IMG/VR virus record: IMGVR_UViG_3300024350_000006
Reading direction: 5' to 3' (one strand)
DNA from: a virus
Length of the DNA stretch: 64,000 nt
A program made the position numbers and the translations under genes. Shown here in pieces: positions 1 through 9,140 of the stretch (its first letter is position 1; every line of letters starts with the position of its first letter). The notes under the pieces are model-generated. The model did no database searches. It worked only from the letters and a program-made list of their open reading frames with translations, and was not told the DNA's origin.

Positions 1-2
1 AA

Positions 3-239
3 GAAACATTTCGCATCGATAATGTTAGTTATCCCTTTAGGTTTACCCGGGGTGTTGAAATAAGACCTGCTCTAGCAACATTGTCCTTCAATGAAAGTGA
101 TGTGCCACAGGATATGAGCAAGGACTTTAGACCCAATCACCTGGGAGAACTTAAAACAAATATTATAATCGCAAACGCACTATATGACGCTATAACAGAA
201 TATCAAGATGGAAAACTAATAGAAATTAAGGAGCAATAG
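3..239 (+). CDS. 3' end of a partial hypothetical ORF (window edge)
   Basis: Frame 3 is open from the window start to TAG at 237-239; contains the GGAG RBS of the next gene. Confidence 0.5.
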   Translation, partial: ETFRIDNVSYPFRFTRGVEIRPALATLSFNESDVPQDMSKDFRPNHLGELKTNIIIANALYDAITEYQDGKLIEIKEQ

Positions 240-1340
240 ATGAGTAAACAACAATACAATTTAAAATCTAAAACAGATTACCTAACAAGAAAAATGTTTC
301 TTGACCCCGAGGGACCAGTTACTATACAACGTTTCGAAGAAGTAAAGTATAAAAAAATAGCAGACTTTGAAACTACTGCACGTGGTTTTTTCTGGGTACC
401 AGAGGAAATAAGTTTAACCAAGGATGCGAATGATTTTAAGGAAGCTTCTGATGCAGTTAAACATATCTTTACCAGCAACCTGTTGCGACAAACAGCACTG
501 GACAGTCTGCAAGGTCGTGGCCCCAGCCAAATCTTTACTCCGGTCGTAAGCCTGCCAGAACTAGAAGCACTGGTCTACAACTGGACGTTCTTTGAGACTA
601 ACATCCACAGTCGCAGCTACAGTCATATTATTCGCAACATCTACAATGTGCCAAAAGAAGTGTTTAACACTATTCACGACACTGCAGAAATAGTTGATAT
701 GGCCAGCAGCATAGGAAAATATTATGACAAGCTACATCAAATGAACTGTGCTAAAGAAGCAGGCTTTGCTGTAGACGAATTTGATCATATACGTGCAATT
801 TGGCTAGCCCTAAATGCTAGTTATGGCCTAGAAGCTTTTCGCTTTATGGTGTCATTTGCTACAAGTCTTGCAATGGTAGAGAACAAGATTTTTATTGGCA
901 ACGGTAACATTATCAGTTTAATCCTACAGGACGAACTACTACACAAAGGTTGGACGGCTTGGTTAATCAACCAAGTAGTCAAAGAAGATCCACGTTTTGC
1001 AAGAGCCAAGGCAGAGTGCGAAGCAGAAGTCTATCAAATGTATCTGGAAGTAATACAGGAAGAAAAGGCCTGGGCCGACTACTTATTCAAGAAAGGTCCA
1101 GTAATTGGTTTGAACGCCAATATTCTCAAAGACTTTGTAGATTATACAGCTTTAATTTCTCTCAAGGAGATAGGCATTAAATATACTGAGTCCGCTCCTA
1201 AAAACACACCTATACCCTGGTTTAACAAGCACGTGAGCACTGATAAAAAACAAACTGCACTGCAAGAATCAGAATCAACAAACTATGTTATTGGTGTTAT
1301 GAGTGACAAATTAGAATACGAAGAACTACCAGATATTTAA
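240..1340 (+). CDS. nrdB: Ribonucleotide reductase class Ia beta subunit
   Basis: FFWVPEEISL, QTALDSLQGR, ETNIHSRSYSHI (tyrosyl radical region), LEAFRFMVSFA, DELLH, C-terminal QESESTNY. Confidence 0.97.
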   Translation: MSKQQYNLKSKTDYLTRKMFLDPEGPVTIQRFEEVKYKKIADFETTARGFFWVPEEISLTKDANDFKEASDAVKHIFTSNLLRQTALDSLQGRGPSQIFTPVVSLPELEALVYNWTFFETNIHSRSYSHIIRNIYNVPKEVFNTIHDTAEIVDMASSIGKYYDKLHQMNCAKEAGFAVDEFDHIRAIWLALNASYGLEAFRFMVSFATSLAMVENKIFIGNGNIISLILQDELLHKGWTAWLINQVVKEDPRFARAKAECEAEVYQMYLEVIQEEKAWADYLFKKGPVIGLNANILKDFVDYTALISLKEIGIKYTESAPKNTPIPWFNKHVSTDKKQTALQESESTNYVIGVMSDKLEYEELPDI

Positions 1341-1350
1341 AAGGAAAGAT

Positions 1351-1605
1351 ATGTTAACAGTATACAGCAAGGCAGCCTGCCCTTTTTGCGATCAGGCTAA
1401 ACATCTACTTAAAAAATACGGAATAGCTTTTGAAGAAGTGCGTGTGGATCTAGATCCCGCTGCTAGGCAATTTATTATGGAGGCTGGGCATAGAACTGTG
1501 CCACAAATCTATAAAGATGGCAAGTTATTTGTGGAAGGTGGCTATCAGGGCCTATCGAAATTAAATGAAGATCAAATCTGGGAGCGAGTAAATGCTGTTA
1601 TCTAA
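1351..1605 (+). CDS. Glutaredoxin
   Basis: CPFC active site, RTVPQIY, GGY; directly after nrdB. Confidence 0.93.
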   Translation: MLTVYSKAACPFCDQAKHLLKKYGIAFEEVRVDLDPAARQFIMEAGHRTVPQIYKDGKLFVEGGYQGLSKLNEDQIWERVNAVI

Positions 1606-1903
1606 AGGGTATAGTGCTGGAGATATTGTAAGTTTTAAGTTAGTTAATGGTGACGAAATAGTAGCCAAGATTACAGAAGTAACTGGCGCTGGCTGGAAAA
1701 TTAGTCGTCCCTGTACTGTAATTCCCAGCGCACAGGGTATGGCTCTGATGCAAAGCCTGTTTTCTACAGAACTAAATACTGACATAGAACTACGAGCAGA
1801 TCACGTAATGATGCACTCGGAATCAGCAAAACAAGTTCAAGATTATTATTTAACTACCACTACTGGTATACAGACTGTGAGCAAGGGTAGTATAGTAGCC
1901 TAG
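1592..1903 (+). CDS. Conserved phage hypothetical protein (possible Sm-like fold)
   Basis: DIVSFKLVNGDEIVAK pattern; overlaps the glutaredoxin stop. Confidence 0.55.
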   Translation: MLLSKGYSAGDIVSFKLVNGDEIVAKITEVTGAGWKISRPCTVIPSAQGMALMQSLFSTELNTDIELRADHVMMHSESAKQVQDYYLTTTTGIQTVSKGSIVA

Positions 1904-1911
1904 GAAACTCA

Positions 1912-2208
1912 ATGCCAGGAATAGCAAGACAAGGTGATATTGTGGGACCTGGGGGCATTTTAACTGCCCCCCTTAGCCCTGATACAAATATAAATGGTAG
2001 GCCTGCGGTACTGCATCGTGTGGTCTATAGCCCACACGCCTGTTGTGGTAATCCTGGTTGTGGTATACATTGCAATGGCACGGTGCCAGGTGCAAAAAGT
2101 GATGCGGCTAGGGTATACGTAAACGGAGTACCTTTTGTTTTATTAACAGATGTTGCAGATTGTGGTCACACTGTGGTTACAGCTAGCGATAATGTTATAA
2201 TAGGTTAA
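1912..2208 (+). CDS. PAAR-domain baseplate spike tip protein
   Basis: MPGIARQGD, INGRPA, VNGVP, CGH..TASDNV; Cys/His-rich. Confidence 0.88.
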   Translation: MPGIARQGDIVGPGGILTAPLSPDTNINGRPAVLHRVVYSPHACCGNPGCGIHCNGTVPGAKSDAARVYVNGVPFVLLTDVADCGHTVVTASDNVIIG

Positions 2209-2210
2209 TT

Positions 2211-2618
2211 ATGGCGCTAGATATTAAACCCAATATTGAGACTGGCGGCCTAGACCCAATGACACTGAGTGTGTCCACAGAACTTTTAAAAAATGATCCT
2301 GCGCCTTTTGGCGTCAATCCGGATTTTTTAAAATCTCTTCAAACTTACATAGATAGCAAAAAACTAAGTCCCTTGTTGGTCTATAATATAACAGGGGAAG
2401 CTAAATTACCAGATTTAAACACAGAAATATCCGGTTACGAATATACTGTAAAAGACGAAACAGTTTATGTTATACGCCGAGCAGCAGATTGTGGAGATGA
2501 TGAATTTAGAAATGAAGAACTTGCCCTGGGTACAAGAAATGATCTCTATCCCAATAGTTTTTTATTTTACGGTAATCTTATCCCGTCAGGTACTACAGCA
2601 CAGGGAGGCGGTGGTTAA
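2211..2618 (+). CDS. Hypothetical protein
   Basis: 135-aa ORF coupled to its neighbours. Confidence 0.6.
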   Translation: MALDIKPNIETGGLDPMTLSVSTELLKNDPAPFGVNPDFLKSLQTYIDSKKLSPLLVYNITGEAKLPDLNTEISGYEYTVKDETVYVIRRAADCGDDEFRNEELALGTRNDLYPNSFLFYGNLIPSGTTAQGGGG

Positions 2619-5119
2619 TGGCTTGGGAAATTGATTTTTCGCAGGGCACCTATGACAATGGTGCCTGGACCAGTGACGAGAGTGTGGAAAATGTGCCTAG
2701 AAGAATCAAAACTGATGATGGCACAGTGGCTATACTAGCCTATATAACGGAGGCCGAGTTAGACTTACTCATAGCTAATGGCACAACTGTAGAGAATTTT
2801 GGCAAACAAATTACTGAATGGGAAGTTGAGTACTACGGTCCACCGTCAGAAGTTTATCCTGACAGTGATATGGCAGTACAATACGCTCCCCTATATTTTA
2901 TAACAGAACAAGATGAGCCTGTCAGTAAACTAGTCTTTATAACCTACGACCAGGTTAGAATTCTTAAAGAATCAGATCTACACGATGCAGATCTTAAAAA
3001 CACGGTGCATCAGGGGATAGATCAGATACCTGCATTTCACAGATCTAGACCAAGACTTAAAGAAGCTCCAGTGCCCATCACACCAGCCTGGGTTCCTTCT
3101 GATCAATATATCAAACGCACCACTGGCACTGGCATCTATGCCGGTAGTCTAAGTGCTCTTGGTAACCTAGTGGCAATGAGTTTAAATGATTTGGCACCTA
3201 TCTACAAAGTCACTGAATCTCCTATTAAAAACGAGCGTGGTAGTTATGGACTAGGTAGTTTATTTCCAACCAAGGCCCCCATCTACAAGGTAGGACAAGT
3301 ATTAAGCCAGAAACAACTTGATGCTCTTCCTGCATCAATGGCACCCAAGGTTAAACAAGTCCCCTATAATACAGGATTTTTTAGAGAGTACTGGTTCAAC
3401 CAGAGACAGACTACTTTTGGAAATGATAGTGCTATACCTGCGCTAACTGGTGTTATACCTCGTGGCCTTAAAGATTATAACAATGAAGTTATACTGGGAT
3501 TTACAGGTAATGTGTTTTACTATATGGATCTACAGATACAAAGGTTGCTTGGTGAAGGTAAATTTAATCTTGATAGATTTATAAGTGTGTTTAGGCAGGC
3601 GCATTCCTGGGCAGAAACTAGTAACAAATATCTAGCAAGTTTAAAGAACTGTGAAAAGCCACTGAGAGATTTTAAAGCAGATACTCTAGAAGAATATTCA
3701 ACACAAAAATGGAGTAAGTATAAACAAGGTAAAGCTCTAACTCAGGCATTTAGAAATCTAGGAAAACTAGGATCTTTAATTGCTGATGGCGAAATCTACA
3801 ACGGTGTGTGGAAAGGTTTTGGTACAGCAGGCTGGGTAATGAAGGGCATAGTGGAAAATCAACTAGCTGATCAAAAAACAAATGACGGTGTCAGTATATC
3901 CGATAGTCTAATTGCACAGAATATAAATGCAACTAATCTATACGATACTGATAACGAACAAAAAATTAAAAACATACTTCAAAATGTTACTAATACTAGC
4001 ACATTAAAATTAATTCAGGAAGTACTGGAAACCAATGTTGCTAATATGTCTAGTCTATTAGATTATACCAGTCTAGAAAAAGTAAGCGGTAAAATCAATG
4101 ACAGTGAATTTAAAACACTGGAACAAGTGGGGCAGGATATTTTCGAAAATAACAATACCTTGGTAATTGAGTCAGGTCCTGCTCTAGCTGATCTTATACA
4201 GGGAATCAATTTAAGTCCTGATGCCGCCGGACTGGAAAATATACGAGGGGCCAACGGAGAGGCACTTGATCCCGATATAGCAAAACAACTTAGAAAATTC
4301 CTTCCTATGAGTCCCGATGGTGGGCCAGTTAGTATTTTGCAAATCATAGGTATGGGTTCAGGCTACCTCAAAGACACACTGGATGAAATAAACGCACTAA
4401 TAGATCAATTATACAAAGGCAAGTACGGCATAAGCATAAGAGATACACTTACAGAAATTTCTAGATTAAAAGCGGAATTTCCCCTTACCGCTGCCGAGGC
4501 ACAGGCAGCTAAGTCCTGGATTCCCACACCTCTTGAAACTTCTATAACGGAAGAATTTGACAGCGTGGAAGAACAAGAATTAGAACTTAACATTGCTACA
4601 GCAGGTACTGTGATAATAAATGTAGATAGTCAAAATCTTGATGTTAATCAACCTTTAAAACTTAAAAGTCAGATTAAAAAGAAAAAAACTAAAAAAATAG
4701 TAACAAGAAAAGCAGGTCCAAATTATTGGCAATCGAGGCTGAATTCCAAGATACAGGAGTATTATGATTTACTGGGAACAGCAGCCGCTGACACGGACAA
4801 AAACACTGCCGACATCGTTAAAAAACTTAACGAAAAATGGAATTATCTCTGTCAAAGTGTCTACTATGAAATAGCAAATTATCAACGAGGTAATTTCAGT
4901 ACTGCCACTGAAGGAAGTAATGCAACAACCAACAGACTAAATTTTGCAGCCGGTTTGGCCAATTACGGTGCCGACTCAGGAAACATTGGTACAGGAACTC
5001 TTTTGTCCAATTTAACACAAAATAATAATGTTGGTAATCAAATAAAAACCATTTTGGGTATGGGTAAAAATGATTCTAACCTTGGCCAGGTTGGTATTAC
5101 TCGAACATCTAAACCATAA
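2618..5119 (+). CDS. Large hypothetical protein, possibly virion/baseplate associated
   Basis: 833-aa ORF downstream of PAAR; no motif recognised. Confidence 0.55.
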   Translation: MAWEIDFSQGTYDNGAWTSDESVENVPRRIKTDDGTVAILAYITEAELDLLIANGTTVENFGKQITEWEVEYYGPPSEVYPDSDMAVQYAPLYFITEQDEPVSKLVFITYDQVRILKESDLHDADLKNTVHQGIDQIPAFHRSRPRLKEAPVPITPAWVPSDQYIKRTTGTGIYAGSLSALGNLVAMSLNDLAPIYKVTESPIKNERGSYGLGSLFPTKAPIYKVGQVLSQKQLDALPASMAPKVKQVPYNTGFFREYWFNQRQTTFGNDSAIPALTGVIPRGLKDYNNEVILGFTGNVFYYMDLQIQRLLGEGKFNLDRFISVFRQAHSWAETSNKYLASLKNCEKPLRDFKADTLEEYSTQKWSKYKQGKALTQAFRNLGKLGSLIADGEIYNGVWKGFGTAGWVMKGIVENQLADQKTNDGVSISDSLIAQNINATNLYDTDNEQKIKNILQNVTNTSTLKLIQEVLETNVANMSSLLDYTSLEKVSGKINDSEFKTLEQVGQDIFENNNTLVIESGPALADLIQGINLSPDAAGLENIRGANGEALDPDIAKQLRKFLPMSPDGGPVSILQIIGMGSGYLKDTLDEINALIDQLYKGKYGISIRDTLTEISRLKAEFPLTAAEAQAAKSWIPTPLETSITEEFDSVEEQELELNIATAGTVIINVDSQNLDVNQPLKLKSQIKKKKTKKIVTRKAGPNYWQSRLNSKIQEYYDLLGTAAADTDKNTADIVKKLNEKWNYLCQSVYYEIANYQRGNFSTATEGSNATTNRLNFAAGLANYGADSGNIGTGTLLSNLTQNNNVGNQIKTILGMGKNDSNLGQVGITRTSKP

Positions 5120-5252
5120 TTTTTTGCCTTAAAAGTGTACTATTACGGCATTTTTATGCTATAATAACTATAGTTAACTAGTTATCTACGTAGATTTCTA
5201 CCTTTGAATTGTTTTACATATATATGAACCATAAAGAAAGGAGTACTTACTT

Positions 5253-5837
5253 ATGGAGAAAAAAGAAATATTGCAACTAACCAAACGTTGTAATTTTATG
5301 ATTAGGATTGCGCAGGTTTTATTTTTAGGTTTTGGTCTTGCTATGGTGGGATCAGCACTAACTGAAGTGACTAAAAATAAGTTCGCCAAATTAGAATCCG
5401 AAAATAATCAAATGGTCGTGAGTCGTGCTGATATGGCCACTCGCACAAGACAACTTACCTGCCTGGCCAAAAATATCTACTGGGAAGCAGGTAGTGAAAG
5501 TTTTGAAGGTAAAGTTGCTGTGGCACAGGTCACACTGAACCGTGTACGCAGTACAAAATTTGGAAATGACGTCTGTGAAGTTGTCTACCAGAGAAATACC
5601 ATTATGGACAAAATTGTCTGCCAATTTAGCTGGGTTTGCCAGCCGGGTATGACCATCAAACCAATTCATCCCGAACGCTATGCTGAAAGTATGAATGTGG
5701 CCAAAAAGGTCCTGCTCGAAAACTTTAGACTTGACAGCGTCCGTGAAGCACTGTATTATCACGCAGATTACGTGAACCCAGGCTGGGGCAAAAAACCCGT
5801 GGCCAAAATTGGGCGTCACATATTCTACAAGGGATAA
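5253..5837 (+). CDS. Cell wall hydrolase (SleB/Hydrolase_2 family) with N-terminal membrane anchor
   Basis: CLAKNIYWEA, GKVAVAQVTLNRV, CQFSW, ALYYHADYVNPGW, IGRHIFY. Confidence 0.92.
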   Translation: MEKKEILQLTKRCNFMIRIAQVLFLGFGLAMVGSALTEVTKNKFAKLESENNQMVVSRADMATRTRQLTCLAKNIYWEAGSESFEGKVAVAQVTLNRVRSTKFGNDVCEVVYQRNTIMDKIVCQFSWVCQPGMTIKPIHPERYAESMNVAKKVLLENFRLDSVREALYYHADYVNPGWGKKPVAKIGRHIFYKG

Positions 5838-5838
5838 T

Positions 5839-6156
5839 ATGTTTTTGGAAACTATCAAATTGTATTTTGAACCAGTTAGAGAGTATTTTTTAGGTCGCAT
5901 TAAAAAAGTGACTGCAGATGCTCTCGCCTGGTTGGCTAGTATTACCTTGCATTGTTCTACAATACCCACATTGTTGGCTATTCTATCAGGACTAACTGAT
6001 AAACCTATGCCAACAGATATAATACTATTTGTCTATGCTGCTCTAGTTCTTTTATTTGGTACTGCAATAATAACACGTAATCTACTTAATATGATTACCA
6101 TAGCACTGGGTTTTGTGGTGCAGAGTGTGTTAATGAGCTTGATCCTATTTAAATAA
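5839..6156 (+). CDS. Small multi-TM membrane protein (possible holin-like partner)
   Basis: About 3 hydrophobic segments; ATG at 5839 directly follows the hydrolase stop. Confidence 0.5.
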   Translation: MFLETIKLYFEPVREYFLGRIKKVTADALAWLASITLHCSTIPTLLAILSGLTDKPMPTDIILFVYAALVLLFGTAIITRNLLNMITIALGFVVQSVLMSLILFK

Positions 6157-6159
6157 AAT

Positions 6160-6813
6160 ATGAATTTTTTCACACTTACTGCTAGGCTGTTTGGTTTATA
6201 CCAAGGATTACAGGGCAAAAGTCTTAGTCCTAGCACTGTTGTGCGCAAACTAAATCAAGCTATTCCCTTTGTGGAATGTAGTATAGGAATACAAAAAACT
6301 AATAATCTAGGGGGCTTCAAGATAGAAGGAAGTTACAGTCCTGATTTAGATAGACAGAATCTAAAAAGTATCAAAATAGATATCTTGATGAATGCTCGTA
6401 GAAAAAAACTGCATTTTAACAAATCTGACGTGACTGAAGAAAGATGGTTCGATCTCGTGGCTGATCTAGTTAGCATTTTAGGACACGAGTATGTTCATCT
6501 AAATCAGCATCGTAGACGTGGCTGGCGCCGTTGCAAAGATTACATTTGTTATAATAATGACGAAATGTCTATAGTCAAACGTTATCTTGGTAAGCCAGAT
6601 GAAGTTGATGCCTACGCTTTTACACTTGCTACAGAACGGGCAGTGGACATACCAGAATATGCCACTAAGCTGGAGGACACAACTACCTATGAACTTTATA
6701 AGACTGTGTTTGGTGAGCAAGACAAAACCACACAGAGACTAGTAAGACTATCCAATAAATACTTTAAACGTCTGGAGAAACAATATAATGAGACCATCCG
6801 AACATACCTTTGA
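6160..6813 (+). CDS. Putative zincin-like metallopeptidase
   Basis: HEYVH (HExxH) and downstream DEVDAYA. Confidence 0.6.
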   Translation: MNFFTLTARLFGLYQGLQGKSLSPSTVVRKLNQAIPFVECSIGIQKTNNLGGFKIEGSYSPDLDRQNLKSIKIDILMNARRKKLHFNKSDVTEERWFDLVADLVSILGHEYVHLNQHRRRGWRRCKDYICYNNDEMSIVKRYLGKPDEVDAYAFTLATERAVDIPEYATKLEDTTTYELYKTVFGEQDKTTQRLVRLSNKYFKRLEKQYNETIRTYL

Positions 6814-7000
6814 GCTAGAAGATGATGTTCTTGACGACGTAACCGAAGAAGACTATGTGTTTATAGTGGGGCCAGACGGCAACCTTAAAAGTATAGTGCT
6901 TCCTCAAAATTATAGTCATAACTCTATGACAGACTCCATCAAAACACTTATTAAAAGTTTTGGTGTGACGGACTTACATACTCAACAAACTCTACATTAA
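6788..7000 (+). CDS. Hypothetical acidic protein
   Basis: ORF with a GGAG RBS. Confidence 0.55.
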   Translation: MRPSEHTFELEDDVLDDVTEEDYVFIVGPDGNLKSIVLPQNYSHNSMTDSIKTLIKSFGVTDLHTQQTLH

Positions 7001-7018
7001 TTTCTATAAGGAGCTCCT

Positions 7019-7264
7019 ATGTTAAAAACCTGGACACTGCGCCGGCCCACTGTGGTCTTTGACGCTAACAACGAAGCACATCGCCAAGCATTTTATGAAT
7101 TTACTAAACGTGGTAGCAGCTGGGGTGATTGCAAATTCAATTTTATTCTAGAAGAACCCTACAACGATCTTATAACAAATATACACCATAAAATTGTTGC
7201 CTGGTATATGCAAAAAGAGTTTGAGACAAAAACTTCCAGCCGTACTGTAAAAGTTAAACAATAA
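7019..7264 (+). CDS. Hypothetical protein
   Basis: ORF with an AAGGAG RBS. Confidence 0.6.
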   Translation: MLKTWTLRRPTVVFDANNEAHRQAFYEFTKRGSSWGDCKFNFILEEPYNDLITNIHHKIVAWYMQKEFETKTSSRTVKVKQ

Positions 7265-7280
7265 GCAACAAAAACTTTGG

Positions 7281-7309
7281 TTGACATTAACCAGCTTGTC
7301 TAGTATTAT
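7281..7309 (+). promoter_or_regulatory. Sigma70-type early promoter
   Basis: TTGACA-N17-TATTAT. Confidence 0.75.
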
Positions 7310-7336
7310 TGCTGAACATTAACTAGTGAGGTACTT

Positions 7337-7633
7337 ATGTCACAGCTAACTATCCAGGATGTTAATTCAGCAATTATGTTTGGCTCGTTTACAAATGAGC
7401 AACTAGAAAGTATTGCCTCTGCTGTAAAATTTCGTCGCGGTGAAATCGCTAAGTCAGTCAAACGCAATGTTACTAAAGGTGCAACTGTTAAGTTTTACAA
7501 TAACCGCCTTGGTCGTGAAATGATTTGTACTGTAGAAAAAGTTGCAATAAAGTTTATCACTGTACGCGAGCAGTCAGCTAAAATGGGCGGTTTGTGGCGT
7601 GTTCCTGCAAGTATGCTATCTGTTGTTGAGTAA
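7337..7633 (+). CDS. Hypothetical early protein
   Basis: GAGG RBS; C-terminal WRVPASML. Confidence 0.65.
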   Translation: MSQLTIQDVNSAIMFGSFTNEQLESIASAVKFRRGEIAKSVKRNVTKGATVKFYNNRLGREMICTVEKVAIKFITVREQSAKMGGLWRVPASMLSVVE

Positions 7634-7755
7634 GCAACTATGTTAGCAAAATTGCAAAATTATTTAAAAAACAATTGGATCCTAGCACTTGAAGTTGCTA
7701 TAATTGCAATTGGTGCTCCCTATTACTTCTACGTACTTTTTATAACTTTTTTCTA

Positions 7756-7825
7756 ATTCTGGTTGACAATAACAGACCAAATTGCTATAATAGCGGTACC
7801 GTAACTAAACAAGGAGCAGAAAATG
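7756..7825 (+). promoter_or_regulatory. Early promoter plus RBS cassette (repeated at 55653 and 55957)
   Basis: TCTGGTTGACA-N17-TATAATAGCGGTA...AACAAGGAGCAGAAAATG. Confidence 0.88.
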
Positions 7826-8227
7826 TCCAAGACTTTTACTATTGCAGGAATTGCAACAAAAGACGGCGTTACCCGCTTGCACGTGAGCAACGGTGATCCT
7901 ACCCAACGTGCTCGTATCCTAGCTCGCCAGGGCTGGACAGATATCACTTTTGTGTCTTTGCCTAAACAAATGGAGCGTCAGGCGGCAGTAGACTATCTAG
8001 CTACTCGTGGTATGGCTGTAGCAGAAAAACCTGCTCGTGCTAGCAAGGCAGCAAAGCCTGCTACTACTAAGTCAGCTAAAAAAACAGATGTTGTTAAAGT
8101 TACTAAGTCTAAAAAACGTGTGGGTGATGCACCACGTGCAGGACAGAGTGTAGAAGAATTTGTCAAGCTCTGGTTCGCAGATCGCGAAGATCGTGCCCGT
8201 GCTAAGTTTCCAGAAATCTTTAACTAA
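7823..8227 (+). CDS. Basic hypothetical early protein (paralog of 56843..57220)
   Basis: FTIAG...DITFVSLPKQM matches FTVAG...DINLIELPKPM. Confidence 0.7.
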   Translation: MSKTFTIAGIATKDGVTRLHVSNGDPTQRARILARQGWTDITFVSLPKQMERQAAVDYLATRGMAVAEKPARASKAAKPATTKSAKKTDVVKVTKSKKRVGDAPRAGQSVEEFVKLWFADREDRARAKFPEIFN

Positions 8228-8238
8228 GCGAGGACTAG

Positions 8239-8388
8239 ATGGATATTCAACTTGAATGCCGTAGTGTTCTAGGTGGTTGGCAGACCTATATCCGTGGTAC
8301 TGAGGTAGCCCTGGGTCCGGTGTTTAACGATACCCCGGCACTCTGGGCCTGGCAAAGTAAAAATATTTTTAATCTTTTAAAATCATAA
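8239..8388 (+). CDS. Small hypothetical protein (49 aa, not in ORF track)
   Basis: GAGG RBS; MDIQLECRSVLGGWQTY...; TAATG overlap with the next gene. Confidence 0.5.
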   Translation: MDIQLECRSVLGGWQTYIRGTEVALGPVFNDTPALWAWQSKNIFNLLKS

Positions 8389-8519
8389 TGGTTAAGATAG
8401 TATACAATAAGCTTCTAGGTGGATGGTATGTTGTTCGTGGAGCACATCAGACACCCCTAAGTACTCGATTTAAATCACGGGCCGCTGCCCAAAACTGGCT
8501 AAGGAGTCGCTGTGGATAA
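8388..8519 (+). CDS. Small hypothetical protein (43 aa, not in ORF track)
   Basis: MVKIVYNKLLGGWYVVRGAHQTPL... Confidence 0.55.
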   Translation: MVKIVYNKLLGGWYVVRGAHQTPLSTRFKSRAAAQNWLRSRCG

Positions 8520-8664
8520 TTTTTTAGTAGAAATAGAATATGATCCTGTGTATAATAGTTACTTGGCTTGCTACTCAAATGGACAGGTAATTCAGCTGGG
8601 AGCTACTACCTATCACGATGCAGTGCTAGAGGCAGACACAATTGAACCCTATGAATATGAGTAA
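8512..8664 (+). CDS. Small hypothetical protein (50 aa, GTG start)
   Basis: AAGGAG RBS before the GTG. Confidence 0.5.
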   Translation: MDNFLVEIEYDPVYNSYLACYSNGQVIQLGATTYHDAVLEADTIEPYEYE

Positions 8665-8832
8665 TTTTTCCTGGCCCCGCGCAATTGCAGTCTACTATAT
8701 AATCTGTGGTTGTTTTGGTGTAGTCTATATGCTCAAGGCACTGCACAAAGAACCCGCTGAACCTAGATGCTCTTTCTCAGAGTTATCTCGTCCGGAAATT
8801 CCTCGTTGCGAAATATATAGGACACGTAAAAT

Positions 8833-9051
8833 ATGAACGCAAAGGTAGCTGCAACCAAGCCCAAAGCTTCACTGTCACGTAAACGCCAGATTGAACAGAA
8901 AAAGGCTGAAGCTGAGGAACCAGAACTTACAAAATTTACTTGTACTAGCTGTCAGAAGACCTACTTCGACACTGGACTTTATTTTTACGGCGTAAAATCC
9001 ACTCGCTGTCTCTGGTGTACTAAATTTCCTCCCTTTAAAAAACATAGCTAG
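8833..9051 (+). CDS. Small zinc-finger-like protein
   Basis: CTSC...CLWC. Confidence 0.55.
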   Translation: MNAKVAATKPKASLSRKRQIEQKKAEAEEPELTKFTCTSCQKTYFDTGLYFYGVKSTRCLWCTKFPPFKKHS

Positions 9052-9077
9052 ATCTAAATAAACCCTAGCCATTGCAC

Positions 9078-9100
9078 GATGCCCGCCCCGAGCGGGCATC
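9078..9100 (+). terminator. GC-rich hairpin ending the early block, followed by a late-type TAAATA (9114-9119)
   Basis: GATGCCCGC-cccga-GCGGGCATC. Confidence 0.6.
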
Positions 9101-9140
9101 GCCACATTTCAGCTAAATACTACATTAGCGAGATCCAACA